DNA of 61,845 nucleotides, the filler included, from Basidioascus undulatus (lineage: Eukaryota), in assembly GCA_000826855.1 (NCBI GenBank). It is 5 parts of 5 records of this genome, joined end to end, with 100 filler letters (N's around TTAATTAATTAA, not from the genome) between each part and the next. Parts side by side here need not be neighbours in the genome. Positions count along the whole stretch, not along the records: positions 1 to 28,019 come from JTLS01000152.1; 4 more parts are not named here. One strand, 5' to 3'. This document shows positions 1 through 12,984 of this stretch, one piece after another (the stretch's first letter is position 1; the number at the start of each line of letters is the position of its first letter). The notes under the pieces were generated by a model that worked only from the letters and a program-made list of their open reading frames with translations, did not search any database and was not told where the DNA came from. The position numbers were made by a program, and so were the translations under genes.

Positions 1-867
1 TGCGCAGCGAGCAGCCGCGGCCGCTGCGCGATGCGAGGAGGTGACTGCCAAGCGACCGCATGCCGCTGTGCTCTCCTGGCATTTCTCCAGTCCCTGCGCA
101 GTTAAGCGAAAACGCGCATGACCGCGACGTCGGCTGTTCTTGTCCCTTTAAGTGCTTTGCTTCCAAGGTCCCGAACAAGGGGTAATTAATGCTTTATGCA
201 TGGGCAGGGAGGCACCCATGAGCTTCAGATCCGCACGACCGGGCCGTTCGCCGTCTCAGGAGCGAAGACTTACGGCCCTCCTAGTTCTTCCTACGTTTAC
301 GTTCTCTCAGACCCAAATGTCCCGATGTGAGTAAATCTCCTTTGCTTAGTCTCTGCCGGACTTTCGTAATCCATCTCTAACTGCCGTTCTCATCGACAGT
401 TAACTCCATCCGCGCATCAGTGCTGCCTTGGCAGGCGTGGTCTTCGCGTTGTTCCTCGGGGGCGTGTTGGGTGCGGTAACGGGCTGTTGGATCCGCCGTG
501 GAGGGGGTGGAAAGTTCGGGAAATGGGTGATGACAGGCCCTTCTCCAGGGTTGGGAACGCCGTGGAGGGGCACAGGGATGGAAGAGCATGGGTGAGGGAG
601 GGGCATGAAGCGCTGCCTCTAGAGAGGGAGGAGGTGTAAAGGGCAGGCATGACATTGCGGATTCTGATGTGGATTTCTGATATATGTGAAACTAGACGGA
701 TAATGACAGCTTGACCACATCAGAGAACGTGCTCTCTGGTCTCTGTACGTACGTCGCGACCATTGCTCGCGTTCCTCTTTCATCGGCATGACGGCATAAG
801 TGCTAAAGCAAACGCCGATGTAACCGACATACATGTTGCATCTTTAAAAAGAGTTTTCCGCCGCTCT

Positions 868-1250
868 CCCCAGTATTATTTCGCGGAGGGCAACATAACT
901 TCTCTCGTTGCACGGTTCCTGTGAGCATCATCTACTTCATCAATCCAGACCCCGGGATTAACATGTATATGGTAATGGGAGGCTTCAAGGTCCACAAGGG
1001 GGTGGTTGCACCGCATTCCAAGTTCTTCGCTGACATGTTCAACATCGGCACCCCGCCGACATCTGCGGACTACGTGGTCCAGATCCCGGAGCAGACGGTG
1101 AACGGGTTCACATTGTTGATGCAGTGGATTTACGATATATAGTATAGTTTAATCACAGCTTTGCCCAACTGAATGCAGTCTCATGGCCTCTAACGCACAC
1201 TTTGGGACCATTCACATGCTTGCTCGACTGGGCGACAAATACGAGTAAGC
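868..1250 (+). pseudogene. BTB/POZ-domain protein gene, probably degenerate (ends approximate)
   Basis: Fragments PQYYFAEGNITSLV, GFKVHKGVVAPHSKFFADMF...FTLLMQWIYD and MLARLGDKYE match the basidiomycete BTB pattern (YF.DGN...F.VH..VL...S.FF.DMF...L.DKY). I found no clean start or canonical donors linking the pieces. Confidence 0.55.
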
Positions 1251-2596
1251 GCTGGATAAGAGGTGTAAAAAGTGCTGACGCTTATGGTTGGCGCACTCGT
1301 GCTTGACTCAAACGCAGCATCCCCAAGTTCTATGAAGTGCATTTCGACATGCTCAAGGATACTTTCGACAGAAGCGTGCAAGCCTTGTCGCTGCACCCGC
1401 CCCACAATTTCATACAGCAGGCGTCCATGAATCTCTCTACCTTGAAGGGCTCGCTGCTTCGATCGAGTTCCACCAGGAGGGCTTGTGGGTTTCGGCGATG
1501 ACCAAGTTACGAGACGCCCACATGCAGGCGATCAAGCCGGAGCATGTCGAGAAGGTCGGGATCCTCGGCTGGCTTCACATTTAAGCATGCCGCGAATCGG
1601 AGTCTGTACCTGCTACAACGGTGTGGGGGCAAGTAGAACAGTAAGGTCTTACACTCAGGCAGGCACTGATGCTAGCTCATAGGGAATGAGGAGAGCGCCG
1701 AGCTATCTGAGCTATCTGAGGGGAATCCAAGGGCAGTCTGCAGCTGTAGTAGGAGAGAATGAGTCGTCGGTAATTTGGGAGTGCTGTAACGTCGTTTTTT
1801 TAGCATAACTTCCGTGCGTTGTTTTGAGCAGTTCTCGCAGTCTCCACGTCGACGACAGCGTTGACTGCGCTCAACCGGTGGACTGGCGCTGATGTGCTGA
1901 TTTTGCGAACGACCTTGAAGCCCTTTCAGGGAGGTGCCCCATGGGAACCTGTATGCCCTGGAAACAGGTTTGGGAGGGTACAGCTGACTCGGAAATAAGG
2001 AGCGCAGCGCAAGCAGGTGAACAGCCTTGAAACACGTTCTGAAAACGCGGTAGACAGGGCAGCGAGCATGCGCGGCCCAGAGCGACCGCTCGTCGCCGCC
2101 TCGTGGGGAACTTTCCTGTCTCCATTGGACACACATTTGGGTATTGTAAACTAAAATATGGCTCCAAAATGTTCATGCAAGTAAGTGATCCTGCAGGCAG
2201 TTAATCAAGCGCGGTGCGAGCAGTTGTGTAGGCGAAAGGGCCGGCCTGGACCCGTCGGACTGCCTCGACTGACGTACGGTCCGCGCCCATGCAAGATGGC
2301 CCTGGCTGTGCTTCTCAAGCTTGGCCTCTCGCCCTATCCCTCGTCCCCCGTCTTCACCTCCCCGCGCACGGCGATCCAATTATTTTCATTCAATCACGCC
2401 TAGGGGACTTATATTCTCCCCATTCCCGACGATCAACTCAACGTGCACGTCCGACACACCCACACACGCCACCCGCAGCCTCAGCGCTCTATCTCCCTAC
2501 GCTCCTCATCAGCAGCTCCACACTTGAACGCCCAACCCGCCTTCTCTTTCCGACGTGCGGGCGCTCAGAGCTCTCGCGCACCGCCCCAGACGTTCC

Positions 2597-4680
2597 ATGA
2601 GCGCAACTACCACGGCGCCCCCGCCCCATCCTCCTCCAAGCGCGAACGCGCCGGGCGCGGGCGGAGGCGGGAACGGGGGCGCGGACGGGGAGGAAGCGCG
2701 TGCGATTATCGCCAATTTGCGGAACTGGTGGAAGGCGTTTGGGAAGAAGAAGGCGCCCAGCTGTGAGTTGTGTCTTTCGTATCATCTGCTCGAGATTAGG
2801 ACTTGCGTGCGCCCTTGGATGAGAGCAAGGAGGACAAGGGCGCAGCTTGGCCCAGCATCCCGGACGTCCGGTTCGCGCTGCAGATGTCCGCAGGAACACA
2901 TCACCATTAAAAGCGGGGTATCGCCTTGATCCTCGAATACTGCACATCGCGCGCATACTCATCTCTTTTAACTGGGCATTCTCTCACAACCCAATCTTTG
3001 GGCACTTCACCCTCCTCACGCTTGTCCCACCGAACCATCTAGCAGCCGCCCAAAGAACGCCTTCCTAACTTCACCCTCTCCTCCCATAGCAGCCACCACC
3101 GCTCCAGTCTTCGGCGTCCCACTGGGCGAGTCCCTCCGTGTTGCGCAGGTCGTCATCACCACAGCCGCGCCCAGGAGCAGCGAGCACTACGTCTGCGGCT
3201 TCATTCCTGTCGTAGTGGCGAAATGGTGCGTCCATCTGGCGGGCAGGCAGTAATTGTGCGGGCTCTGACATGGTGGCGCAAGCACAGCGGGTTGTATCTG
3301 AAGGAGAATGGTGCGTATCGGACAAGCAGGGTGGAGGAATTTTGAGACTAATGGCGTGGGTGCGCAGCGACGGATGTTGAGGGCGTGTTCCGAGTGTCGG
3401 GCTCGACCAAGCGGATGAAGGATCTCCAAGCGCTCTTTGAGACGGGTCCCAAGGTACAGTCGTTCGTCCTCAGCACGGCTTCGCAACCCGCGCCTGAACA
3501 GCTCCCTCGCAGTTCGGCAAGCATCTCGACTGGCGTAAAACCAACTTCACGCCGCACGACGTCGCATCCGTCTTCCGGAGATACTTGACCAAGATGCCCG
3601 AGCCGGTCATCCCGCTCGAGCTGTATCCCGAGTTCCGGGATGTGCTCAGTGCGTGACTTCCACTCATTTCACTTGCCAACATGAAGCTGACTGGCAAGAA
3701 CTCGCACAGCAACTAAGCCATTCGACCATGCGGCGGCGATTGCGACGTACAAGCGGCTCATAGCAAAACTGCCACGGGCGAACCAATGCCTGCTCCTCTA
3801 CGTGCTCGACCTCCTCGCCGTGTTCGACCGCCAGTCGGAGCAGAACAAGATGAACGCTTCCAGTGCGCTGTCCGATGTCCAAGTCATGCCTGCGCGATAT
3901 GCTGACCTCAGGCGCGCGCTGCCCACCTTACAGATTTGGCGGTCATGTTCCAGCCCGGCATCATCTCCCATCCTCAACACGACATGGCGCCCGAGGAGCT
4001 CAAGCTCAGCCAGGAGGTCCTCGAGTTCCTCATCCGGAATCAGGACCACTTTCTCCCCGCCCTCATCGTTCGTCTTTACTTCGTCTCCACCTATGCCCTC
4101 CCATCCATTCACTTCAGCCTGACACCGCCTCTTCTATCTCACCCAGCCCGCTCTCATGTCCACCCCATCCCACTCCGACCTCTCGCCTGCCTCCCGACGT
4201 CCAGCCAAAGGGAACGAGCCGTTCATGGTCCCGTCCGATTCCGACGAGGACCCCCCGCCAGGCGGGTACGAGCTGCGGACGAACCCGCGCCCGGGCGCCG
4301 CGTCACCGTCCTCCAAATCTCTCTGCGGGGCGTCCTCGCTGCTGCGCTCGAAGACGACGCACTCGCGCGGCGGCCGGCGATCAGACGAGGCGTTGCCGAG
4401 CGGCGGAGGGAGCCCGGCGGAGAGGGACGAGGTCGGCGCGCGCGCCACGGGCAGTCCACGGCTCGGCGGCGCGAACGTTACGAGACGGAGCACCGCGCCC
4501 AGTCGGAGACGGCGGGTTGCCCCGCGTGCCGAGGGGAGCCCGGGGAGTTCGTTCCGCGCTAGGGGGGGGGATAGCTTGGGCGGGACGTCGGCGACTACGG
4601 ACACGGGCACGGGCGCGAGCAGCGCGACTTCGAGCGGCGGCCGGCCCCATACGGCCAACCCCGTCCCAACAGCTTCGTAA
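2597..4680 (+). CDS. Rho GTPase-activating protein (Sac7/Bag7-like), multi-exon
   Basis: Spliced product contains PVFGVPLGESL...IPVVVAKCGLYLKENATDVEGVFRVSGSTKRMKDLQALFE...HDVASVFRRYLTKMPEPVIP...NKMNAS.LAVMFQPGII, a RhoGAP domain with the arginine finger (FRVSG). Low-complexity C-terminus ends at TAA 4678-4680. Confidence 0.92.
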
Positions 4681-5517
4681 CCTTCCCATCCTTTTCCCTT
4701 TTCCTTCCTTTCGTCTTGCCGGACTCTTCAGGCCCTCACGACCCAGGGTGTCTTCTTGTTTCCATTTCCGCTTTCTACGCTACACGAGAATCGCACAAGG
4801 ACGCTTCCCCCCCTCTTGTTCTGATTTTTGACGTCCCCGCATGATACAAACGCTTCCTGTTTTGCTCGCTTCGTCTCGCACTTTCGTTTGAACCCCTGAA
4901 GATCACACATACACTATCACCGTCCGCACGACCTTTTTGCAGCAGCAGTGCAGCATTCAGCGATCGCATCATGTTAGCATTTTGTCCGCATTGCTTAGGT
5001 GCTGCAAACATGCATCGCGTTGCTACCTAGGCTGAACTTCGAGAGATTGCTCTTGCTGAAAGCACAACTGTGCTCGGGGCAGTACAGCGTTCTTCCTGTC
5101 CTCAAGTTACTGAACTACGCTTGCTGACGGCCCGACGGGACGACCTGCAAGGAGTCGCGCAGCAGTGACTGCAGCGCGTTGATGGTGAGTTCGATGGGCG
5201 TTCGAAGTTGAAAAGGCGGGTGCAGCGAGCATTTGTAGCGTGCTTTCGGAACGAACTCGCGAGCTGCACGCATTCGCGAGTTCGGAAGGCGGTGGTGCAA
5301 TCAGGGCCTCGTAACTACAAAACTCATGACTGATTGGCTATCATGACTGGTATCACTGTCAAGCACTTCCTTCGGTGGGCAATCCTACATCAGTAAGACG
5401 ACAAACGCGATCGAGACTGACATTACTTCCCGACAGGTCGCCCGGATATTTCATGCCGAAGGTACACGTTTACCGAACTCTTTTTCATAGAGCTTGTCTT
5501 CTAAACCTGTGGATTCA

Positions 5518-6480
5518 GGTCAACTACAGCTATCCCAGCATCGTGAAGTTCACCTTCGCTTGGGTTCCAGGTCTTCAGCGGCTGTACGCTCGTACACGTG
5601 GTACGTGGATCAGGATGTTGCTTTCCTTTGCCGCTAAATTTGTCTTTGTTGCTATTGGGCAGTTCGGCGAGGGAGTCGGCTTGAACAAGGGCGTCAAGGG
5701 CCAAGAAGGCCGCGACCTCGGACAGTACTGGGAGTCTCTGGGCGGGCCAGAGGCGTACTTGGGTTTCGCTGTGCCAAAAGTACGCCTGGATTGCTTTCTA
5801 CTCAGGAGTAAAACTTCTTACAGGGATAACAGTGGCCGAACTAATTCATTGTCATCGGACCCAACGCCGTCTCTGACTCCTGGTGCTACACAATCGGCAA
5901 CCAAGTATGTTCTCTTGCCCTCCCGATTCCCTTTCCTTTCGCAGATATGAACACCTCTGACTCCCGATGTTTTTGAATCACAGTCTGGCTCCATCGCCCG
6001 CCTAGTCGCCGGAATAGTCGAGAACGGCTTGACGTCGCTTACTCCGCGCCTCAAGCCGTTCGAAGCGCACAACAGGCGGCTGCAAGCCCGCTTCGCCCAC
6101 TCGGTTTTCACCGCCGACGTGCGGTCCTACCACAAGTGGCGACACGCTGGCAACGGAAAGGTTATTTCTCCATCTGGAGGTTCCGGGAGTGCGTTCCTCT
6201 CCCCTTCTTCTTGCTCAACCTGCGCTGCGCCACGTTTTGCTCATCACGCCAGGATCCGGGAGCAATTGAGTTGTGGTGGCTCACTCGCAACATCCGGTGG
6301 GAGGCCTGGATTTCCGTCGCTCGCCGTGGTCCGCAAGAGAAGCGGGCGGGGACGCTGCAAGTCATCAACGTCACTGCGGTCCAGCGTAGGCGCCTGGCAG
6401 TGTGGTTCCTGCTCGCAGCTGTCCGCTCGCAGCTGTATTCGCAGCGACGCGGGCAGTACTGGGGAAGCCCCTCATCGTAA
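5518..6480 (+). CDS. hypothetical multi-exon gene or remnant, function unknown
   Basis: Protein-like segment VNYSYPSIVKFTFAWVPGLQRLYARTRGTW...YWESLGGPEAYLGFAVPK, with intron-like GTATGT...CAG and GTGCGT...CAG downstream. No recognisable family, and I could not confirm an intact frame. Confidence 0.3.
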
Positions 6481-7073
6481 GTGTTCGGATGACGGTCCAA
6501 CCCGGCTTCATTGCTAATCCTTCCCGTTCCTTTGCGTTTAATGCTGTCAACGTTGGCGGCTATCTTGAACAGCTTATCGGCTCCGTAGGGGGCGTCTAAA
6601 GTTGTAGCTTTAGGGGGCGCGGTTCAACAAACTGTGCAGCTGTCCTGATTGTGTCATATACTTCCGGTGATCCGTCGTTCTGCCACTGCTCCGGCCTGAA
6701 ATGGACATGTTTGCCTGCGAGTTTGCGGTATCCGAGCACAGTCGCGTGAGCAGTAATTTGTTCGACTCCATGGCTGCCGGATTGGACCATGGTAGAAAAA
6801 TCTGGAAAAGAAGAGAACGATCTCTATTCATTACCTGGGAAGTTTTCAATGCCACGGAAAAAGTGCTCTGGAACCCCTTCAGATCTTGAGATTGTGGCAA
6901 TCGGATAGTGCAAAGTGCAAGGCTGTGAGCTGGTCAACGCGCGAGAGTCTCTTCATTGGACAATACAATTACACAGTTAGAGGCATAGTCCAGCCAAATC
7001 AGAACACCGAACGCTCACAATAATCATCCCGAATCACTGTGCCTGTACGTCTTGCGGCAGTTCCATGCGATTT

Positions 7074-8241
7074 CTATCCAGCAAGGAAATGCCCGTTTTG
7101 CGCAGCACTTGATCCTGAGCAATGACGATTGTAATCTGTCGGAGAGCCCAAAGTCTCTGTCACGGTATACGACGTGGCGAAGAGATGGAAAGCGATCGCG
7201 TGAGAACGAGGTGACGGCGTCGGAAACGAGGTCGAAAAGGTAGCTGACTGAGTAAAAAATGGATCTCTTCTATCGTCGGATGCTCGAGTCCATTGATCAA
7301 GAGTAGTGCTTGTGGCGCACCGCCCACCAGACAGATGTATCGAAGGTGTGTGGCTAAGAACTCTTCTTGCTGGTCGTCGAGTTGATGACCGGGAGGTCGA
7401 GAACAAATAGCGGGTGCCCCATTTGTTGAAGGACTTGAAGCAAGGAAATCGAGGCATCGCCTATGTAACTTTAAAGCCAGCTCGGAAGTATCTCGAAGCA
7501 AGAAGATCTGATCTAGCCAAACCGTGGAGGAGAGGGCCGCTGTATTCACGGGTGAAGTTGCACTCAAGGTGCGTGAGTTTAGGGAGACAGAGGGAGAACG
7601 TCTGTGAGCCTGCGGACTTGATCTGATCCCTGTACAAAGGGACACTGGACTTGAGCTGATTTGAGAGGAGATCTAAAAGGCTGTCGGGTGCGATATAGGT
7701 TATGAGCCCGGTGAGACGGACGAGAGTCGAAGCCGACCCGCGAGGGTAGCCTGAAAAAGCTGCGGGACTACAGGTTGGAGCGCTAGGCCAGTCCGGCTGT
7801 CCGGCTCAAGAGACTCGAGCCTGTTGCAGAGGCTGGTTAGCAACACGAGGCCGGGGTCGGAGGGCGTGCCGGACCGGTACCCCTTAACTGTTGTGAGCCT
7901 GCCGATGAGCTTAGCTACTGGAACTCTTAGAGGCCGAGAGTTTGCTACGAAAGTTAGGAGCGCTTCCAGCTGTGTGTCTGAGCGTAACCAGACGTCCCGA
8001 TACAAGAACGGTGTGGCGAGTTCTTGGCTCCGAGCAGGCAAGACACCACTCCCAACGTACGCCCCACCTCTGCAACTGAAGCTTGGTTGGTACGCACCTT
8101 CCACTCCTTGGAGATGCAGACGATGTGCACATTGGTCGTTGCGGGCAAGGCCGATTCTGGCCCGTCGGGAACCGCCTCCAGAGGTATAGCCGTCGCGAAG
8201 AAGATGCGAGTGAGAAGCGCGGCCGGGAAGTAGAGAGGCAT
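7074..8241 (-). pseudogene. F-box-like/LRR-like gene, disrupted (3' end approximate)
   Basis: MPLYFPAALLTRIF...IVCISKEWK, then an intron, then ELATPFLYRDVWLRS: the typical basidiomycete F-box-like N-terminus. In-frame stop at 7700-7702 with further coding-like fragments beyond it. Confidence 0.55.
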
Positions 8242-10073
8242 GATCGATTGTGTGTCAAGTGAGAAAATAGTCTGGTCAGTCTGAGTGGGATCTGCGTCTG
8301 TTGATGGCGAGAGGATGGCGTGGTGATGGTGCGGAGACGAAGAGCAGCTGGGGGCGGCGGGTGGTTTCACGGCGCGCGGCTAGACACACCTTGTATTTTG
8401 GACTCGGAACCCACAGTGATGTTGGGTATATCTGAAACCTAATCAAATGCGTTCAGAATGCCGGTAAGCAAACTTGAGGGAACGGTAAATGGGATTGTAA
8501 ACAATCCTGTGCGTTTGTCCTGGCGGCGCTACGCAAGATACTTGTTTGGGGTAGAATGAGGGATAGTTACAGTTCTGAAAAATCAAGTTCTGCTTGACGC
8601 ACTTGTGGCACCCACTTGGACTAGCGCCTCCAAGCGAAACAAGCACTGTAACAGATTCACTGCGCGCTGCGAGGCTTCATGTCCAAACTGCACTGGAACT
8701 TACTGTCGAGAAAATATGTAGGCTTCCCTTTGTGTCTGACTGTCGGTTGAAAAGATTTGGAGAAACACATCAATAAACCTGACCTGTGCAACAAAGGTCA
8801 CAAGCTCGTGCGGTAGGAGAGCTGGTTGCTCAGTAGCTCAGAGATGATTCTGGGGTCCAACAGAGGCCTGCCAGTGGGAGCATACAACATCGCGAGACAG
8901 CCCACAGAGTGCAGATCTTTTGCTCCCCTCCTTATAACCTTTCCGGTAAGTCCCCGTTCTCCCTTTCTTGTGGCTGTGGGGTGGTCGTTCTAGCTAGCTA
9001 GCCCAACGCGGAACGCAACTCAATGCGTATGCCCAAGATCTTGCCAGGTCCATCGTCGGCAGGTAAGCAAAGCCAGGGAATGTCAAGGGTTCCAGAGATT
9101 TACATGAATAGTATCTTCCATCCAGGACTTCCAAAGTGGGCGGATTCTGCCTTACCGTGACGATGCGACGAAGTTTTTTCCAGTTGCCTGGTTGCCTGCC
9201 CGTTTCCTGACGTTTCCTGCCTTCCCCTCTAACCGCCCTGCCAGATCCACTTCATATACCAGGAGAGCCACTCAAGGTGTTCAATCATGACCCTGTCCGC
9301 TATCCGCACAGCCTCGTTTCCATCTAGACGCCCTATTCGGTCACAGCTTTGCATGCAGATGCGCAAGGAGAACTCAGATCGAACGGCGCAGGGACGCTCA
9401 GGAGGGCGGCAACGCCTCAGGATATTCTTGCAGTATCTGGACTTCCATTCATGACTAATTAAGTGTCTGTGTGGCACAAACAGAGCCAGAGGGGCAGACA
9501 GCGAGTAGCGAATGCTGTTGCTGCCCGATACATTTGGATCCATCGCGATTCAATCTTCTATCCCTCTCCCAGTACGAGCACAGTTCATAACTTACATGTT
9601 CAGATCTTCAGAATGCTGTATGGATTTCTAATTTGGATTCAGTCGGTTAAGAAGCGGCTGCATGCTTCATGTGCAGGCTGACTGTCACAGGCCTACTCAA
9701 GTGTCGACAAAGGACACCTCGCAAATACTAGCCCATTTACTGGCTCTGATTGCCAAAATACTCTCGATAATCTCAGATATAAAAAGCAAATTCTCTCGTG
9801 CGCTTTGTGTAGACAAAAGGGCAGGGGACAACTAAACATAACAAAAACTCAGCGAGCCAGTAGGCGGACCTCCCGCGGAATCAAGTTGATATCCGTCCGG
9901 CACTCGCGAGTCGCGCCGCACCTCGACACCTTGATCGCCACAAGTCACAGCTCTCGACATCCGCACCTTACCCTGCCGCATTCTCCTGCATTTTTATCAA
10001 CACACTATAAGAATCTCTTCAAGGGCACTCTACTACTCCCCCCTACCGCCAATCTCCCGAATCCTGGCTACGA

Positions 10074-12467
10074 ATGTCCGGCCGACCGCCTCCCACCGGG
10101 CCCGCCGCGCTCGACTCGCCCTCGCCCTCGTCCGCCCCGGCGGCGCGAGATCGCCTCCCGCACCCGTCAACAGGCAGGCGCTCCGAGATGAAGGAGATAT
10201 TGCTCGACCTGTCGGCGCGGTTCATTGTCAATCTGCCCGAGGAAGAGCTCGTCTCGCTCGAGCGCATCTGCTTCCAAGGTCAGCACGTCGTCCCAGGCTC
10301 TCAACACTGCGCTTGCTGAGGCCTACCGTCCTTACCGTCTCCAGTGGAAGCCGCACACTGGTACTACGAGGATTTTGTGCGCGAGGAGCGCCCGCACCTC
10401 CCGTCCTACAGCCTCAAGCCCTTCTCCGCCCTACTCTTCCAGACCTGCCCGCTCCTCTCCCAATGGTCGGGCGAGCACGAGCGCGCCTTCGCAGACTTCA
10501 TGCGCTACAAGACGCGCGTGCCCGTCTGCGGCGCCATCATGATCAACCCCGGTCTCGACAAGGTGGGTATCGTCCGAGCGGAGGCGTGGCGGGATGGATT
10601 GGAGGAAGACTGATGTGGCCACGCCCGGCGCACAGTGCGTGCTTGTCAAGGGGTGGAAGAGCTCGTCGGCGTGGGGATTCCCGAAGGGGAAGATCAACTT
10701 GGACGAGCCACAGCATTTGTGTGCTATTCGAGAGGTGCGTCCCGCTGGCATCAGGACTCGTTCGCAGTTCCCCGCGTCGGCTGATCCCGACAGTCGAGCG
10801 CTCGCAGGTCCTGGAGGAGACGGGATTCGACATCGCCGACCTCCTCCTGCCCGATGAATACGTCGACGTCGCGATCAAGGAGCAGCGCATACGCCTCTAC
10901 CTCGTCCCGAATGTTCCTGAAGACACGGTCTTCGAGACGCAGACGCGCAAGGAGATTTCGGTGTGTCCTGCCTCTTCCTTGGGTTGGACTTGGGGATGCC
11001 CAAATGTGCTTACGAGGGACGGGCATGCAGAAAATCCAATGGTTCAAGTTCTCCGAGCTTCCTACTTGGAGAAAGTCCCGCACGACCGCCATCGACGGCG
11101 GAAAGTTCTACCTCATCACGCCTTTCGTGGGGTGCGTCCCCCTCTCCCCTTTCCCCTCACTACCACCTCCATACTCATGTTTCACTCTCACAGACGCATC
11201 AAGTCATTCGTCAAGCAGCGCCGCGCTCTCATGCCCGCCCTCGCCCCGGCGCCTATCGACCTGGACGAAGGCTCCGCCACGCTCAAGGCGCTTCTCGGCC
11301 TGTCCGTCTCGGACGACGCCTCCCCCGCGTCCTCCCCGGAGTCTGAGACGCCTCCTGTCCCTGTCCGCATCTCCGAGAACGAGCACGAGCGGTCCCGCGC
11401 GCTGCTCGACACGCTCGGCGCATCCCTCGACCTTGGTCTGGCGCCTTCGACCTCCTCTTCCACTTCCACGTCCTCCCCGTCCTTCGCGCGCGAGTCGCCA
11501 CCGCACCTTAACGCGACGGCGACGGCGACGCCCACCAAGCCCTCGCCCATCGACGCGCTCTTCTCGTCCATCTCCTCACCTGCGCCCGCACCCGCTCCGG
11601 CCCCGCAGCAGCCGCCCTCGCCAATCACGGCGCTCTTCACCCCCTCCCTCGCCTCTGCCTCCGCCTCCGCTTCCGTATCCGCCATCCCCACCCCGACTCT
11701 CGCGCAGGCCACTGCGGCGGCGTCCCCCGCCTCCGTGCAGGGGCAGCCGGCCACATCCCCCATCACCGCCCTCTTCACGCCTTCCCTCACCCCTGCCGTT
11801 CCTGCGCCTACTCCCCCGAGGCAAGCCCCGACAGACCCACACCTTCAGCCGCCGATGCAGCCGCCTCTGCCGGCGCCGCCGCCTCCACCGCTGCAGAACC
11901 ACCAGCACAACCTTCCCTCGCCGTTTGGGGGGTACATGACGCGCTCGGCCCTGCCGCCGCCGACGCAGTTCTCGCCCGTCCCCTCGCCGGCGATGCACTC
12001 GCCTCATCAACTGCCCCCGCGTCCTCACCCCGCGCAATTGTGCGTCGTATTCTCTCTCCTTCCCGTTTGCGCCCCAGCTGTGGATCCTAACAATATCCTC
12101 CTTGCACGTTCTGTCCAGCCCGCCCGGCGCCTTCCCCCCTCCCGCCTACCTCCCCTTCTTCCCCGGCCCCGTCTCGCCCGCCGGTCTTCACTTCCTGCGC
12201 CACCCACCGCCGCCCTTCCTCCCCACCTCGCCGTTCCCACCGCCACCACCGCCATTCGCACGCGCCGCTCCTCCTCCCCACTCGCTTTCGGCCTCCCCGG
12301 CCTCCCCGCCCGCAGACCACAAGGCGTCGCTCCTCTCGCTCCTCCACCCCGCGTCCCCCTCGCCGGCTAAGCCGCCCGCTGCTGCCGCTGCGGGCAACGA
12401 CCTCCTTAAGCTGCTCAATACCGGGGCGGCTGCCCCCCAGGCACAGGCACAGGCGCAGGCAACGTGA
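10074..12467 (+). CDS. DCP2: mRNA decapping enzyme catalytic subunit Dcp2
   Basis: BoxA (LLDLSARFIVNLPEEEL..LERICFQVEAAHWYYEDF), YKTRVPVCGAI and Nudix box [30 protein letters not shown], followed by a long Pro/Ser-rich tail with leucine-rich helical motifs. Confidence 0.95.
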
Positions 12468-12984
12468 TTGGCTCCGTTTATGTGGCTGGACGGCTTCCAT
12501 TGTTCTGTCATCTTGCACCGCACGCTCGTTTCCGTGATTGCTCGTTTGACTTGAACTCTGACACGCACGTACCTTGCATACTCTTGCGACAGACATGTGC
12601 TGTAGCTACTGTTGCATTGTCGTACATCCACGCTCGTTTATGCCCCTCCTGCTGTGTGGTCTGTCGGGATCGAAGACGGTGCGCGCGCGTGGATGGACGG
12701 AGTGAACGCTCAACACGGGGTGGTCCGAGTCCCGATCCTTGATAGAACCAGTTGATAGCTATTGGTCGTTGACCAGGCATTAGGTGGCAATCAGCAAGTC
12801 GGCGTGATGTTCGCGGCGGGAGGAACTCGACAGATCGCGATCAAAAGCAATCAAAAGCAGCCACGCGACGCGCACGCGTCTGCCCCTGGACGTGCCTTCA
12901 ACTCTTGTCGTTCTTCTTCCTCTTCCCAACTTGACCAAGAACTGGACCTCGCTCACCCTCTCGATCACTAACCAGTCGAATATC

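Noticed and set aside
3863..4831. Several long overlapping and antisense ORFs at the RhoGAP 3' end (similar cases at 17555-18451 and 42078-43046)
   Set aside because: Shadow ORFs caused by stop-poor, high-GC coding sequence. The products are low-complexity and have no motifs.
8400..9750. Intron-like GTAAG signals and short ORFs (similar stretches at 14.2-15.5, 30.6-31.4, 46.9-47.9 and 51.6-52.1 kb)
   Set aside because: Probably older gene or TE relics, but no recognisable motif supports any specific call.
10313..12370. 685-aa ORF in the ORF track
   Set aside because: Read-through of DCP2 introns and exons in GC-rich DNA. Only its middle part is the real Dcp2 frame.
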